A stretch of DNA of 64,000 nucleotides from Patescibacteria group bacterium (GCA_035288465.1 DATEAH010000001.1:4739-68738); one strand, 5' to 3'. Counted from the first letter of the stretch, positions 20,662 to 31,330 are shown. Numbers and translations: made by a program. Notes: generated by a model not told the origin, from the sequence alone.

Positions 20662-21242
20662 TAAAACATCACTATGAATTAATTTTTTTATAGGTGATAG
20701 GACAAGATTAATGTTAAATATATTGACAATTTGGACGGAGGTTTCAGGCGGCTAATTTAAAGCTGAATTTTAGCTTGATTTTGGACCGCCATGGCGGTCT
20801 TTTTTCATCTCTTGATTTAAAAATCTTTAAATTACCAAAAGTAATTTGAAGCAATTGCATCAAGCGTTGTTCATTAACAATTGATATTTTTGGTTTTTAC
20901 CTGTTAGTCTCCGATGCTCAGTCAGGGGGTCGGGGTTTTGAAGTCTCTTTTTGGCTTCAAAACGGAACAAATTAAATTACAGAATGCATATGGTGGATGC
21001 CTTGACATTAAAAGCCGATGAAGGACGTGGTAGGCTGCGATAAGCTCGGGGGAGTTGTCAAACAAACTTTGATCCCGAGACTTCCGAATGGGGAAACCCA
21101 CTCCGATGTAAATCGGAGGATCCGGCTCTTTTGGAGCTGGATGGTAAGCTGGCGAACTGAAACATCTTAGTAGCCAGAGGAAAAGAGAAAGACATTTTAT
21201 TCCCCTAGTAGTGGCGAGCGAACGGGGAAGAGCCCAAACTAG

Positions 21243-21396
21243 CCATTGCTTCGCAATGGAAGCACTAAATCCGAAATCCGAATTTCTAAACAAATTTATG
21301 AAATTCAAATCATAAAGACAAGTTTTGAATTTAGAATATTAAAAATTGTTTAGGATTTAGAAATTAGAATTTAGAATTTCCGCTGCGGAGTAGCGG
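21243..21396 (+). repeat. heptamer-repeat palindromic insertion in 23S domain I
   Basis: AT-rich arms AAATCCGAAATCCGAATTTCTAAACAA and TTGTTTAGGATTTAGAAATTAGAATTTAGAATTT, flanked by two small GC hairpins. Confidence 0.8.
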
Positions 21397-23073
21397 CTGG
21401 GGTTGTGAGATATTGGTGTTTTTAATAACAAAGCTTTGAGAATTTTTAGCTAAACGAGTCTGGAAAGGACGGCCATAGAAGGTAATAGCCCTGTAAGCGA
21501 AAAAAATTTGAAAAGCTCTGATTTTCTCGAGTACTATCAGACACGTGAAATCTGGTAGGAATCTGCCCTGATCACGGGGCAAGGCTAAATACTTTTAATG
21601 TCGATAGCGAACTAGTACCGTGAGGGAAAGGTGAAAAGATCCCCGGTGAGGGGAGTGAAATAGTACCTGAAACCATATGCTGACAAAGAGTAGGAGCCCC
21701 GCCTTTGGCGGGGTGACTGCGTGCTTTTTGCATAACGAACCAACGAGTTAGCTGTTGCAAGCAAGCTTAAGTCCACTGGATGGAGGCGAAGCGAAAGCGA
21801 GTCTTAATAGGGCGTTTAGTTTGCAGCACTAGACCCGAAACCAGGTGAGCTAACCTTGAGCAGGGTGAACTCCGCAGAAATGCGTAGGGAAGCCCGAACC
21901 CGTCGAAGTTACAAATTCGTGGGATGACTTGAGGTTAGAGGTAAAATGCTAATCGAACCTGGCGATAGCTGGTTCTCCCCGAAATATATTTAGGTATAGC
22001 CCAAAGTGATCGTCTTTTGGGGTAGAGTACTGGATGAATTTCCCCCGCCTATGGCGGGGGGCTTTAACCAAACTCCGAATACAAAAGATTTCAGCTTTGG
22101 AGTCAGGTTGTGGGGGATAAACTCCATTGTCCAAAAGGGCAACAACCCAGACCATAATCTAAGGTCCCTAAGTGATAGTTAAGTGGGAAAGGATGTGATT
22201 AACCTGAGACAACTAGGAGGTTGGCTTAGAGGTAGCCATTCCTTTAAAGAGTGTGTAACAACTCACTATTTGATGGTTGATTGCGCCGAAAATACACGGG
22301 GCTAAAACTATCCACCGAAGGTATGGATTTCCGTCTTTTGACGGAAGTGGTAGGGGAGCGTTCTACATTTTGCGAAGGTAAAGCGCAAGCTTTGCTGGAA
22401 GGTGTAGAAGTGAGAATGTTGGTATGAGTAACGATATCCCGATGAAAACTCGGGACACCGAATTTCTGAGGTTTCCACCGCAACGACAATCGGCGGTGGG
22501 TTAGTCGGTCCTAAGCTGAGGCCGAAAGGCGTAGGCGATGGTAAATCCGTTAATATTCGGATACCATAAATATTGCGTTTGTACGATGGGGTGACGCGGT
22601 TTGAAGGCTAAGCGGTTACAAATTATCCGTCTAAGCCTGAATTTGGCTCTTTGGCAAATCCGGGAGCGTAATAATTCAGGCAAATGAAATTCCTTTCTGG
22701 GAAATTTAGCTGTAGGAATCGCCAAGAAAAACCTCTAAGGAGTGATATTTATGTCCGTACCGTAAACCGACACAGGTAGAATACTATAAGAGTAGTAAGG
22801 TGTACGAGAGAACCCACCAAAAGGAACTCGGCAAAACAGCAGCTGTAACTTCGGGATATAGCTTTCCCGCCTCATCGGCGGGACGCAGCTAAAGACTCCA
22901 GGCGACTGTTTATCAAAAACACAGGCCTCTGCTAACCCGCAAGGGGATGTATAGGGGCTGACGCCTGCCCAGTGCTAGTAGGTCATGGGGATCCCTGACC
23001 TCCGCCTTTGGCGGAGTAAGGGGAGAACTCAAGCCCTAGTAAACGGCGGCGATAACTATAATCGTCCTATGGT

Positions 23074-23715
23074 AGGAAGTGCTGCCATAGTAAAATTTGG
23101 CTATATGCTGGAAAATCTGTTGAATTTGAGGCTACTATGGTATAATATGTCCATAGAAGGACAATTATGCCAAGTAAAAAAGCAATCAATGCAGACAACC
23201 AGCAGGAAAGACTAAAAATTGAAAATTGGATCGTTGGTTTTACAGATGGAGAAGGTACATTCTCGGTAAGTAAAATAAAAAATTCTACCACAAAATCTGG
23301 CTTTCAAATTTTTCCTGAATTTGTAATTACTCAAGGAGAAAAAAGCCACTCAGTCTTAGTGAGTATTAAAAAATATTTCGGTTGCGGAAACATTTATATT
23401 AATAAAAGGTACGACAATCACAAAGAAAATTTATACAGATATTGTGTTAGATCAAGAAAAGATTTAACCGAAAAAATAATACCATTTTTTTGCACAAATC
23501 CGCTAAGAACTGCAAAAATAAAAGATTTTCAAAAATTTTGTAAAATTGTAAAAGCAATGAATCTAGGCGATCATTTAAAGAATAATTTCAATTTTTAGAA
23601 TCCTCAGAGACTATACGCCAAACCTCGACGTGACGTCGGGGAAGATATAGTCCCATCTGCATGGCGACATGCAGGTCCAATTTAGGACAATCCATTTTTT
23701 TTGGAAAAGAACATA
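23074..23715 (+). ncRNA. group I intron at 23S position ~L1931
   Basis: Interrupts conserved CCTA(T)GGT|AGCGAAATTCC. P1 CTATGGT/GCCATAG with U-G pair; R TCAGAGACTA; S AAGATATAGTCC. Confidence 0.93.
23167..23598 (+). CDS. intron-encoded single-motif LAGLIDADG homing endonuclease
   Basis: WIVGFTDGEGTF motif, F.ITQ, KYFGCG, IIPFF...PLRTAK..DF..F. Confidence 0.93.
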   Translation: MPSKKAINADNQQERLKIENWIVGFTDGEGTFSVSKIKNSTTKSGFQIFPEFVITQGEKSHSVLVSIKKYFGCGNIYINKRYDNHKENLYRYCVRSRKDLTEKIIPFFCTNPLRTAKIKDFQKFCKIVKAMNLGDHLKNNFNF

Positions 23716-24002
23716 AGCGAAATTCCTTGTCGTGTAAGTTACGACCCGCACGAATGGCGTAACGGTCTGGAGACTGTCTCTTGGTGGGACTCGGTGAAAT
23801 TGCAATGCCGGTGAAGATGCCGGCTACTTATGGCAAGACGGAAAGACCCCGGGAGCTTTACTATAGCTTGATATTGAGTTGAAATTTTTGATTGTGTAGG
23901 CTAAGTGGGAGTCCCGCCTTTGGCGGGACGCAAGGTGAAATACCACTCTTTCATGGTTTCGGTTCTAACTCCTAACGACACGTTAGGAGAACAGTGTCAG
24001 GT

Positions 24003-24048
<46 letters not shown>

Positions 24049-24359
24049 TCCTAAGGTCAGCTAAGCGCAGATGGAAATTGCGCTGATAGTGTAAAGGCAT
24101 AAGCTGGCTTAACTGCGAGACTTACAAGTCAAGCAGAAACGAAAGTTGGGCTTAGTGATCCGGTCCGCCCGTGTGAGAGGCGGATCGCTCAACGAATAAA
24201 AGCTACCCCGGGGATAACAGGCTTATCTCCTCCAAGAGTTCACATCGACGAGGAGGTTTGGCACCTCGATGTCGGCCCATCGCATCCTGGCTCTGAAGTC
24301 GGAGCCAAGGGTTTGTCTGTTCGCCAATTAAAGCGGTACGCGAGCTGGGTTCAAACCGT

Positions 24360-24692
24360 CAAATTTTGGCATCGAGATATACGGCGGCTTTTCGCCGTAA
24401 GGCGAATCGAATAAATTGACTCATATCGGTGAAACCCTAACATTTGATAATTAACCTGTCGGATGTTAGGATGATACCGAGGGAAGTCTTAGAAAATTTA
24501 AGATTAAAAAGTAAAAATGGAAAATTTAAATTTTGAACTTTGATTTTTGATTTTTTGATGACCCCGTAGAGACTGATCCTTAAGTGGAGAGATTCGATAT
24601 AACAATATAACAATCGAATAAAACGTCAATCCCCCCGCCGACGGCGGGGGTGATGGTATAGTCCATACATTTGGTAACAAATGAAAAAATTA
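24360..24692 (+). ncRNA. ORF-less group I intron at 23S position ~L2593
   Basis: Interrupts AAACCGT|CGTAAGACAG. IGS TACGGCGG gives P1 and P10; P4 TATCGGT/ACCGA; R GTAGAGACTG; S GATGGTATAGTCC. Confidence 0.9.
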
Positions 24693-24833
24693 CGTAAGAC
24701 AGGTTGGTCCTAATCTGCCATAAGCGTTGAAGCTTGAAGGGGTCTGCGCATAGTACGAGAGGACCTGCGTGGACGAACCTCTGGTTTATCAGCTGTCCCA
24801 TTCGGGGCACTGCTGAGAAGCTATGTTCGGTTC

Positions 24834-24866
<33 letters not shown>

Positions 24867-25072
24867 ATCCCTAAGATTAGGCTTTTGAGATTGGTCGTAG
24901 ACTACGACCTTGATAGGTCTTGAGGTGTAAGGTCAGTAATGATTTCAGCTTCAAGATACTAATATCAATTAAATTTAATTTGTGCAGACTTGAGAGTTTT
25001 CGAAGTCTCAAGTCTGCGACGACTGACAGGTAAAAACCAAAAATAATCAAGAATCAAATTTCGTCGTTTAAA

Positions 25073-25182
25073 CGCTGGTGTTCATGGCGGATGGGTCACA
25101 CCTGATCCCATTCCGAACTCAGAAGTTAAGCCATCCTGCGCTGATGATACTGCTTTTGTGGGACAGTAAGTCAACGCCAGCG
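25073..25182 (+). rRNA. rrf: 5S rRNA
   Basis: CACCTGATCCCATTCCGAACTCAGAAGTTAAG core, terminal stem CGCTGG/CCAGCG. Confidence 0.95.
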
Positions 25183-25210
25183 CTTAGATGATGAACCGAA
25201 TTTAGATCAT

Positions 25211-25238
25211 AAAAAAACGGCCGTTTGGCCGTTTTTTA
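25211..25238 (+). terminator. bidirectional intrinsic terminator
   Basis: AAAAAAACGGCC-GTTT-GGCCGTTTTTT. Confidence 0.8.
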
Positions 25239-25315
25239 GTTGAAATTTTTGCAAACTTATGGTTTAATTTATTAGGATACGCCGATTATCAGAATATGCA
25301 AAGGAGGAAGGCTGG

Positions 25316-26152
25316 ATGGTTCAGTTGGGCGAGATCCAACTTCAGAGCCGAATTGTGGTCGCATCTGGTGCATTGGGCTACGGTCGGCGCTGGCCGCATC
25401 GTTGGTTGATTGATTTTCGTCAGCTTGGTGCTATCACCTTAAAAACTGTCACTTTAAATCCTGAAGAAGGAAATTACCGATGGTATGCACCTTGGAAAGT
25501 TTTGCGCAGGTTCCCAGATGGTTGTGGTTGGATAAATTGTTTCGGACTGACAAATTCTGGCTTATCTGATTTGATTGAACATAAATTGCCAAAAGTTTTA
25601 GAGTTACCGGTAATTGTCAGTATTTGGGGGGATACTTATTCTGAGCTCGCGACAATGATAGCCATATTAAATGAAACCGATATTCTAGCAATAGAATTAA
25701 ACATTTCTTGTCCGAATGTTGCTTATTCAAAATTACAAGATTTGGATAATATTGAAGATGCTTTCCCAAGACTCATTCGTGAATCTCGTCATCCTTTAAT
25801 TATCAAAGTTGGCGAAGGTCAGGATTACATTAAAATTGCCCAAATTACACAACAGGCTGGATTTTCAGCAATCTCGGCAATAAATACGGTCAGATCTAAT
25901 AATTCTGGGGGAATTTCCGGGCCAATGATTAAAAATCGAGCCGTCGAAGTAGTATCCCAAATCCATCAGGCAGTACCCAAATTGGCGATTATTGGTGGAG
26001 GCGGTATTGAAAATTGGGATGATGCTCAAGATTTTCTAAATGCCGGCGCAACCGCGGTTAGCCTGGCGAGTATGTTTATTTGGTATCCGCCTTATCAATC
26101 TTTTCCATTTTGGAAAATTAGACAAATTATTAAAGAGGAAAGAAAATCTTAA
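25316..26152 (+). CDS. pyrD: dihydroorotate dehydrogenase (class 1-like)
   Basis: KTVT..P.EGN, ELNISCPN, AINT, GGISG, IIGGGGI. Confidence 0.8.
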   Translation: MVQLGEIQLQSRIVVASGALGYGRRWPHRWLIDFRQLGAITLKTVTLNPEEGNYRWYAPWKVLRRFPDGCGWINCFGLTNSGLSDLIEHKLPKVLELPVIVSIWGDTYSELATMIAILNETDILAIELNISCPNVAYSKLQDLDNIEDAFPRLIRESRHPLIIKVGEGQDYIKIAQITQQAGFSAISAINTVRSNNSGGISGPMIKNRAVEVVSQIHQAVPKLAIIGGGGIENWDDAQDFLNAGATAVSLASMFIWYPPYQSFPFWKIRQIIKEERKS

Positions 26153-26253
26153 CTCGGCGCCTAGTTTGGCACAATGCAAAATTAGGCGTTTTTTTATTGC
26201 AAATTTTGAAGTTTTATTATATAATTAAACCACTTCAGGAAGGAGTGAGAAGG

Positions 26254-26751
26254 TTGAGGGCAGACGCTACTGTCCAAGCCGAAACCGATAGTTTAACAGA
26301 AGTTACTGATGAGAAATTGGAAAGTTTACTTGGACAAGCACGAGCTTTGCAGGATGGAATAAGTGGCGTGGCATATCTGAGAAATGCAAAACATGATTAT
26401 GACCGATGTGATTTACTTGGACTTAGAAATCGTGCCATACAAGGAGTTGCAGATGCGGCTGAATATATATTAGACTCGGAGTTTGAAAAAATTTCGAGAA
26501 TTTATTGCAACCACGATGATCCGGTGGTTTGTCCTTGTTCAGTTTGCGAGATAGTTTATATGATAAATCCGGAAACAGAAAAGAAAATCCAAGCAAAACT
26601 CCAACATTTACTACCCTCTTGTGTTAAGCTGGATGGAAATTTCAAAAACACTGATGCAGTCCTATTTGTACGAAATCTTGACGGTACTTCGTCCCCTCAA
26701 CAGATACCGGTAAAGTCCATTACTCGAATTAAGATTATCCGAAAACAATAA
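26254..26751 (+). CDS. hypothetical protein (Cys-containing orphan)
   Basis: ORF with promoter (TTGCAA..TATAAT) and SD AGGAG upstream; start codon uncertain; CNH..CPCSVC. Confidence 0.55.
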   Translation: MRADATVQAETDSLTEVTDEKLESLLGQARALQDGISGVAYLRNAKHDYDRCDLLGLRNRAIQGVADAAEYILDSEFEKISRIYCNHDDPVVCPCSVCEIVYMINPETEKKIQAKLQHLLPSCVKLDGNFKNTDAVLFVRNLDGTSSPQQIPVKSITRIKIIRKQ

Positions 26752-26866
26752 CCCAAGTCTTTTTCCGCGTGCGGAGTCTGTCCTAAGTGGACATACCAAT
26801 TAAAATACTCTGCGCGCTTTTTTTATTCTTGAATTCAGCTTGTGCTATAATAGAAAAGGAGGATTA

Positions 26867-28162
26867 ATGCGACAAATTGCGGATTTACATACACATTCAA
26901 AATATTCGAGAGCCACCAGCCCAGATATGAATTTGGAGACAATGGCGGAGTGGGCTGGGAAAAAGGGGATAAATATTTTAGCCACCGGCGACTTTACTCA
27001 TCCGGCGTGGTTTTCGGAGCTCAAAAATAAATTAGTCGAGAAAAAACCGGGTTTGTATCAATTAAAAGATCAAAAAAGCCCGAATTTATATTTTATTTTA
27101 AACACAGAAATTTCCTCAATATATTCAAAAACCGGCAAAGTTCGAAAAATCCATAATATAATCTTTGCGCCAAATTTAGAAACTGTCGCTAAAATTAATG
27201 TTAGGCTTTCTAAAATCGGCAATTTATGGTCAGACGGCCGACCGATTTTGGGTTTGGATTCAAAACAATTACTCAAAATTATCTTAGACATTTCACCTGA
27301 TTGTTTTTTGGTACCAGCTCATATTTGGACGCCCTGGTTTTCATTGTTTGGTTCAATGTCGGGTTTTGATACGATTGAAGAATGTTTTGACGAATTATCT
27401 GGCGAGATTTTTGCGGCAGAAACTGGTTTGTCATCAGATCCGGAAATGAACTGGCGTTTATCACAGTTGGATCGAATCAGCCTAATTTCAAATTCTGATT
27501 CGCATTCACCGGCAAACTTAATCCGAGAAGCGAATGTTTTTGACATTGATAAAGATAAGTTAAGCTATTTAGAAATTCGTCGGATTTTAAAAGAAAAAGA
27601 CAAAAAACACTTTTTATACACGATTGAGTTTTTTCCAGAAGAGGGCAAATATCATTTTGATGGCCATCGTAGTTGTAATATTTCCTTTTCACCGACCGAA
27701 ACCGCCAAGAATAAAGGGATTTGTCCGATTTGTCATCGTAAATTAACGATTGGAGTTTTAAACCGAGTGGAAGAATTAGCAGATGCTGACCGTCCAGAGG
27801 GATTTCGACCGAAAAATGCGATTAATTCTAAACATTTAATCCCGTTATCCGAAATTTTAGCGGAAGTGTTAGGGACGCAAAAATATTCGATGCGGGTTAA
27901 AAATGAGTATGAAAAATTAGTTCATCATTTTGGGAATGAAATCGAGATTTTGCTGGATGTAAAAATGGAAGATTTAGCCAAAGTGACTTTGCCGCAAATT
28001 GCCGCGGATATTAAAAAAATGAGAACCGGCGAAGTGGAAAAAATTGCCGGATTCGACGGCGTTTATGGAAAAATCAAGGTAAAATCTGAATCCGTCGAAG
28101 CTGAAAAAGTTGACGAAAAAGTTCAATTTAAAAACGCCTCAAAACAAAATAGCTTATTTTAA
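26867..28162 (+). CDS. endoQ: endonuclease Q (PHP domain plus Zn-binding domain)
   Basis: ADLHTHSKYSRATS, TGDFTHP, DGRP, HIWTPW, ETGLSSD, SNSDSHS, GKYH.DGHR.C, CPIC. Confidence 0.9.
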   Translation: MRQIADLHTHSKYSRATSPDMNLETMAEWAGKKGINILATGDFTHPAWFSELKNKLVEKKPGLYQLKDQKSPNLYFILNTEISSIYSKTGKVRKIHNIIFAPNLETVAKINVRLSKIGNLWSDGRPILGLDSKQLLKIILDISPDCFLVPAHIWTPWFSLFGSMSGFDTIEECFDELSGEIFAAETGLSSDPEMNWRLSQLDRISLISNSDSHSPANLIREANVFDIDKDKLSYLEIRRILKEKDKKHFLYTIEFFPEEGKYHFDGHRSCNISFSPTETAKNKGICPICHRKLTIGVLNRVEELADADRPEGFRPKNAINSKHLIPLSEILAEVLGTQKYSMRVKNEYEKLVHHFGNEIEILLDVKMEDLAKVTLPQIAADIKKMRTGEVEKIAGFDGVYGKIKVKSESVEAEKVDEKVQFKNASKQNSLF

Positions 28163-28172
28163 AAGGAGTCGA

Positions 28173-28634
28173 ATGCTTGAAGAATATCAGGCAAAAAGAA
28201 AATTTGAGATTACTCCTGAGCCTAAGCCCAGCAAGGCCAAAAAAACCAAGAAAGGTTTAATTTACGTGGTTCAAAAACATCAAGCACAAAATCTGCATTA
28301 TGATTTGCGATTGGAAGAAAATGGTGTTTTAAAATCCTGGGCAGTTCCTAAGGGAATTCCCAAAAAATTTGGCGAAAAGCATTTGGCAATTCAGACCGAA
28401 GATCACCCTTTAGAATATGCTGAATTTTCGGGTAAAATTCCCGAAGGTGAATATGGCGCAGGTCTGGTGGAAATTTGGGATAAAGGCGAGTATCGAGTTA
28501 TTAAGGATTCTGTGGAAAAAGGCCATTTGCAATTTGAGATTAGAGGTGATAAATTTAAAGGGAAGTATAATTTAATCAGATTTAAGCGGGACGATCATAA
28601 ACTGCTTTGGTTACTTTTTAAAATAAATAAATGA
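28173..28634 (+). CDS. stand-alone LigD-type 3'-phosphoesterase domain
   Basis: EEYQAKRKF..TPEP, VVQKH.A..LHYDLRLE..GVLKSWAVPKG, TEDHPLEY, YGAG.V.IWD.G. Confidence 0.93.
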   Translation: MLEEYQAKRKFEITPEPKPSKAKKTKKGLIYVVQKHQAQNLHYDLRLEENGVLKSWAVPKGIPKKFGEKHLAIQTEDHPLEYAEFSGKIPEGEYGAGLVEIWDKGEYRVIKDSVEKGHLQFEIRGDKFKGKYNLIRFKRDDHKLLWLLFKINK

Positions 28635-28696
28635 GTAATTTCTCGACATAGCTTCCTCGAGCATACTCGGGACAAGTCGAGACGAAGGAGGAATTA

Positions 28697-29038
28697 ATGT
28701 TCCAAATTTATTCACAGGATGTCGGAGGAGCAACTCCGACCGATCCTGCCGCAACACCAGGTTCAGATCCGTCACAAATGCCGGTTGCGCCGACACCAAC
28801 CCCATCATCAACCATGCCATCTGATCAACCAGCGGTTACGCCCACCCCAGATCAACCAGATGCAATGCCACCAGTTACTTTACCAGCACCATCAACACCC
28901 GATTCAACTCCAGGGATGCCAATTCCGGGTGGCGCGACGCCCGGTGGCGATGATTTAGCAATACCAACCCCACCCAAAGATACGCCGCCTGCTGATACTC
29001 CAGATTCTAGCATGCCAACCCCACCTCCGGCGGAATAA
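28697..29038 (+). CDS. Pro/Thr/Asp-rich low-complexity protein
   Basis: Strong SD GGAGG 6 nt before ATG; downstream hairpin AAAAGCCCAAA..TTTGGGCTTTT. Confidence 0.7.
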   Translation: MFQIYSQDVGGATPTDPAATPGSDPSQMPVAPTPTPSSTMPSDQPAVTPTPDQPDAMPPVTLPAPSTPDSTPGMPIPGGATPGGDDLAIPTPPKDTPPADTPDSSMPTPPPAE

Positions 29039-29122
29039 GGAATTTTCTAATTCGAAGATAAAAGCCCAAACATAATTTGGGCTTTTCGGGTGAAGGGCTT
29101 TAAAACCGGAAGGCATTATAAT

Positions 29123-30007
29123 ATGGATAAGGTTATTAAAGTTGATGGTTTTGAGATTAAATTAACTCATCTTGATCGTATAATTTGGTCTAAGGAAAAA
29201 ATTTCAAAAGCTGATTTAATTAATTATTATCAGCAAATTTCTAAGGTAATTTTGCCTTATCTTTATAATCGACCCATCACAATTAAACGATGTCCAGGTG
29301 GGGTTGATCGGGAATGTTGGATTCAAAAAGACTTTAAAGGTGAGAAGTTACCTAAATTTGTGAAAACTTATTCGACCATTGCCAAATCAACACAACATCG
29401 GGTTGATTATATTTTAGTCAATAATTTAGCAACTTTGTTGTGGTTAGTAAATTTAGACACAGTTGAATTTCATCTTTGGTTGTCGACGATAAAAAAGCCC
29501 AATAATCCTGACTGGTTGGTTTTTGATGTCGATTTGACAAATGGCGGGAAAATAAACGATGCGGTTCGGGTAGTTGAGATTCTTAAATCAAGATTATTAA
29601 AACTAAGACTAAGAAATTATTTGAAAACAACGGGGATTTCGGGTTTGCATTTGGTGATACCCTTAGCTACCAATAATTCATATTTAATGATTCGCAAATT
29701 TATGAAAGACTTAATATATAAAATTGATTTAGAATTTCCCGAATTAATTGCCACAGAAGCTCGGATCAAAAAAAGACAGGGCAAAATTTATTTAGATCCT
29801 TCACAAAATTCCAAAGGGCGCACCATTATTTGCCCTTATTCTTTACGCGCTACTCAAACCGCAACAGTTTCGACTCCACTTGATTGGGCAGAATTAGCTA
29901 ATTTGAAAATTAAAAAATACAATTTGAAAACTCTGCCTGGGCGATTAAAATCAAAAGGCGATATTTTTAAAGCAATTTTATCTCAAAAACAAAAATTGAT
30001 AATTTGA
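29123..30007 (+). CDS. stand-alone LigD-type primase-polymerase (PolDom) domain
   Basis: KLTHLDR..W, RCPGG, QK, VEFH.W, PDWLVFDVD, KTTG..GLH, IYLD..QN, PYSLRA...VSTPL.W. Confidence 0.92.
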   Translation: MDKVIKVDGFEIKLTHLDRIIWSKEKISKADLINYYQQISKVILPYLYNRPITIKRCPGGVDRECWIQKDFKGEKLPKFVKTYSTIAKSTQHRVDYILVNNLATLLWLVNLDTVEFHLWLSTIKKPNNPDWLVFDVDLTNGGKINDAVRVVEILKSRLLKLRLRNYLKTTGISGLHLVIPLATNNSYLMIRKFMKDLIYKIDLEFPELIATEARIKKRQGKIYLDPSQNSKGRTIICPYSLRATQTATVSTPLDWAELANLKIKKYNLKTLPGRLKSKGDIFKAILSQKQKLII

Positions 30008-30029
30008 CCTTTTTAATATTAAGGAGGAT

Positions 30030-30839
30030 ATGCCTGAATTGCCCGAGGTGCAAACAATTGTTGACGAATTAAATCAGAAGGTCGTCGGCCGGAAAATTGC
30101 CAAAATTAAGATATTATCGCCGAAATCTTTTGTGGGTGATAAAAAAGTTTTAATTAATAAGACAATTAAAAAAATTCGCCGTCGGGCGAAGATTTTGATT
30201 TTTGAACTGGACAGCGGATTTTTTGCCGTGCATCTGAAGATGACAGGACAGATAATAATTCAAAATTCAAAAATCAAAATGCAAAATGGATTGAAACACA
30301 TAAGAGTAATAATAAAATTTACGGATGGGACAGAATTAGTTTTTAATGATTTGAGGAAATTTGGGTGGATAAAAGTTATAGATAAAGACGGACTCGATAA
30401 AATTGAGACCGCTCACGGCATTGAGCCGTTTTCAAAAGATTTTAGCAAAGAAAAATTTTGGCAAATAATTTCTTCTCGGCGAATTCCGATTAAAACTGCG
30501 ATTATGGACCAGAGCAAATTGGTTGGCGTGGGCAATATTTATGCAAATGAAGCGCTCTTTTGTGCGGGGATTATGCCTAATCGACCAGCGAATAAATTAA
30601 GTCGTCAAGAAGCAAATAAACTTTTTGATTGTATTTTGTTGGTTTTAAAAGAGGCGATTCGCGACAAAGGAACCTCGAGTGAAAATTATGTGCGCACTGA
30701 TGGCAGTTTAGGCAGACACGATAAAAATCTAATGATTTATGGCAAAAAAGGACAGCCTTGTCCCAAATGTACCGGCAAAATCGAATGGCTGAAAATCGGC
30801 GGTCGCGGCTCATTCTATTGTTCAAAGTGCCAACATTGA
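30030..30839 (+). CDS. mutM: formamidopyrimidine-DNA glycosylase
   Basis: MPELPEV, HLKMTG, D.RKFG, GVGNIYA.E.LF, C-terminal zinc finger. Confidence 0.97.
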   Translation: MPELPEVQTIVDELNQKVVGRKIAKIKILSPKSFVGDKKVLINKTIKKIRRRAKILIFELDSGFFAVHLKMTGQIIIQNSKIKMQNGLKHIRVIIKFTDGTELVFNDLRKFGWIKVIDKDGLDKIETAHGIEPFSKDFSKEKFWQIISSRRIPIKTAIMDQSKLVGVGNIYANEALFCAGIMPNRPANKLSRQEANKLFDCILLVLKEAIRDKGTSSENYVRTDGSLGRHDKNLMIYGKKGQPCPKCTGKIEWLKIGGRGSFYCSKCQH

Positions 30840-30993
30840 CATTTTAATTTAAAAATACTAAAATAAAAACAAGGCAATGAAAAAAACAATTGTTGATAAT
30901 GTTTTAACTCTAATTCTAAACAATTCATTTTAGGATTGGGGAAAAAGTTGCCGATTTCTTTAGAAAGCTGGCCCCGATCCGGGGCTAGTTTTT
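30836..30993 (+). promoter_or_regulatory. promoter, short leader ORF and terminator/antiterminator (attenuator-like)
   Basis: TTGACA-17-TAAAAT, an 18-codon ORF at 30877-30933, and hairpin 30966-30990 plus T-tract. Confidence 0.5.
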
Positions 30994-31036
30994 AAATTGG
31001 TTCAAATTTTAGGATCCTAGAAAGGAGGAGATAAGT

Positions 31037-31330
31037 GTGAGGGTAAGCCGAGATCCAGTTTGTGAAATGATAGATCATATGACAGTGGCTGAAATTGATG
31101 GTTTACCAGAGGAATCTAAAGAGACAATTCGCAAATGGGGACTAGGAAACGGCGCTGGTAGTGAAACCTTTGTTCTGAAAGAAGTTGGTGAAGTTTTTAA
31201 TCAACAGGGAGAAACTGCCGCAATTCAAGTTGTAGAAAAACAAAGGGGAATTTTCAAGATAATCGCATACAATTTTCTCAATAAACTGCGTACAGAAAGG
31301 GAGGCCAAACATCATAGAAGAGCTGGTTGA
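31037..31330 (+). CDS. hypothetical protein
   Basis: AGGAGG SD before GTG, 97 aa. Confidence 0.65.
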   Translation: MRVSRDPVCEMIDHMTVAEIDGLPEESKETIRKWGLGNGAGSETFVLKEVGEVFNQQGETAAIQVVEKQRGIFKIIAYNFLNKLRTEREAKHHRRAG

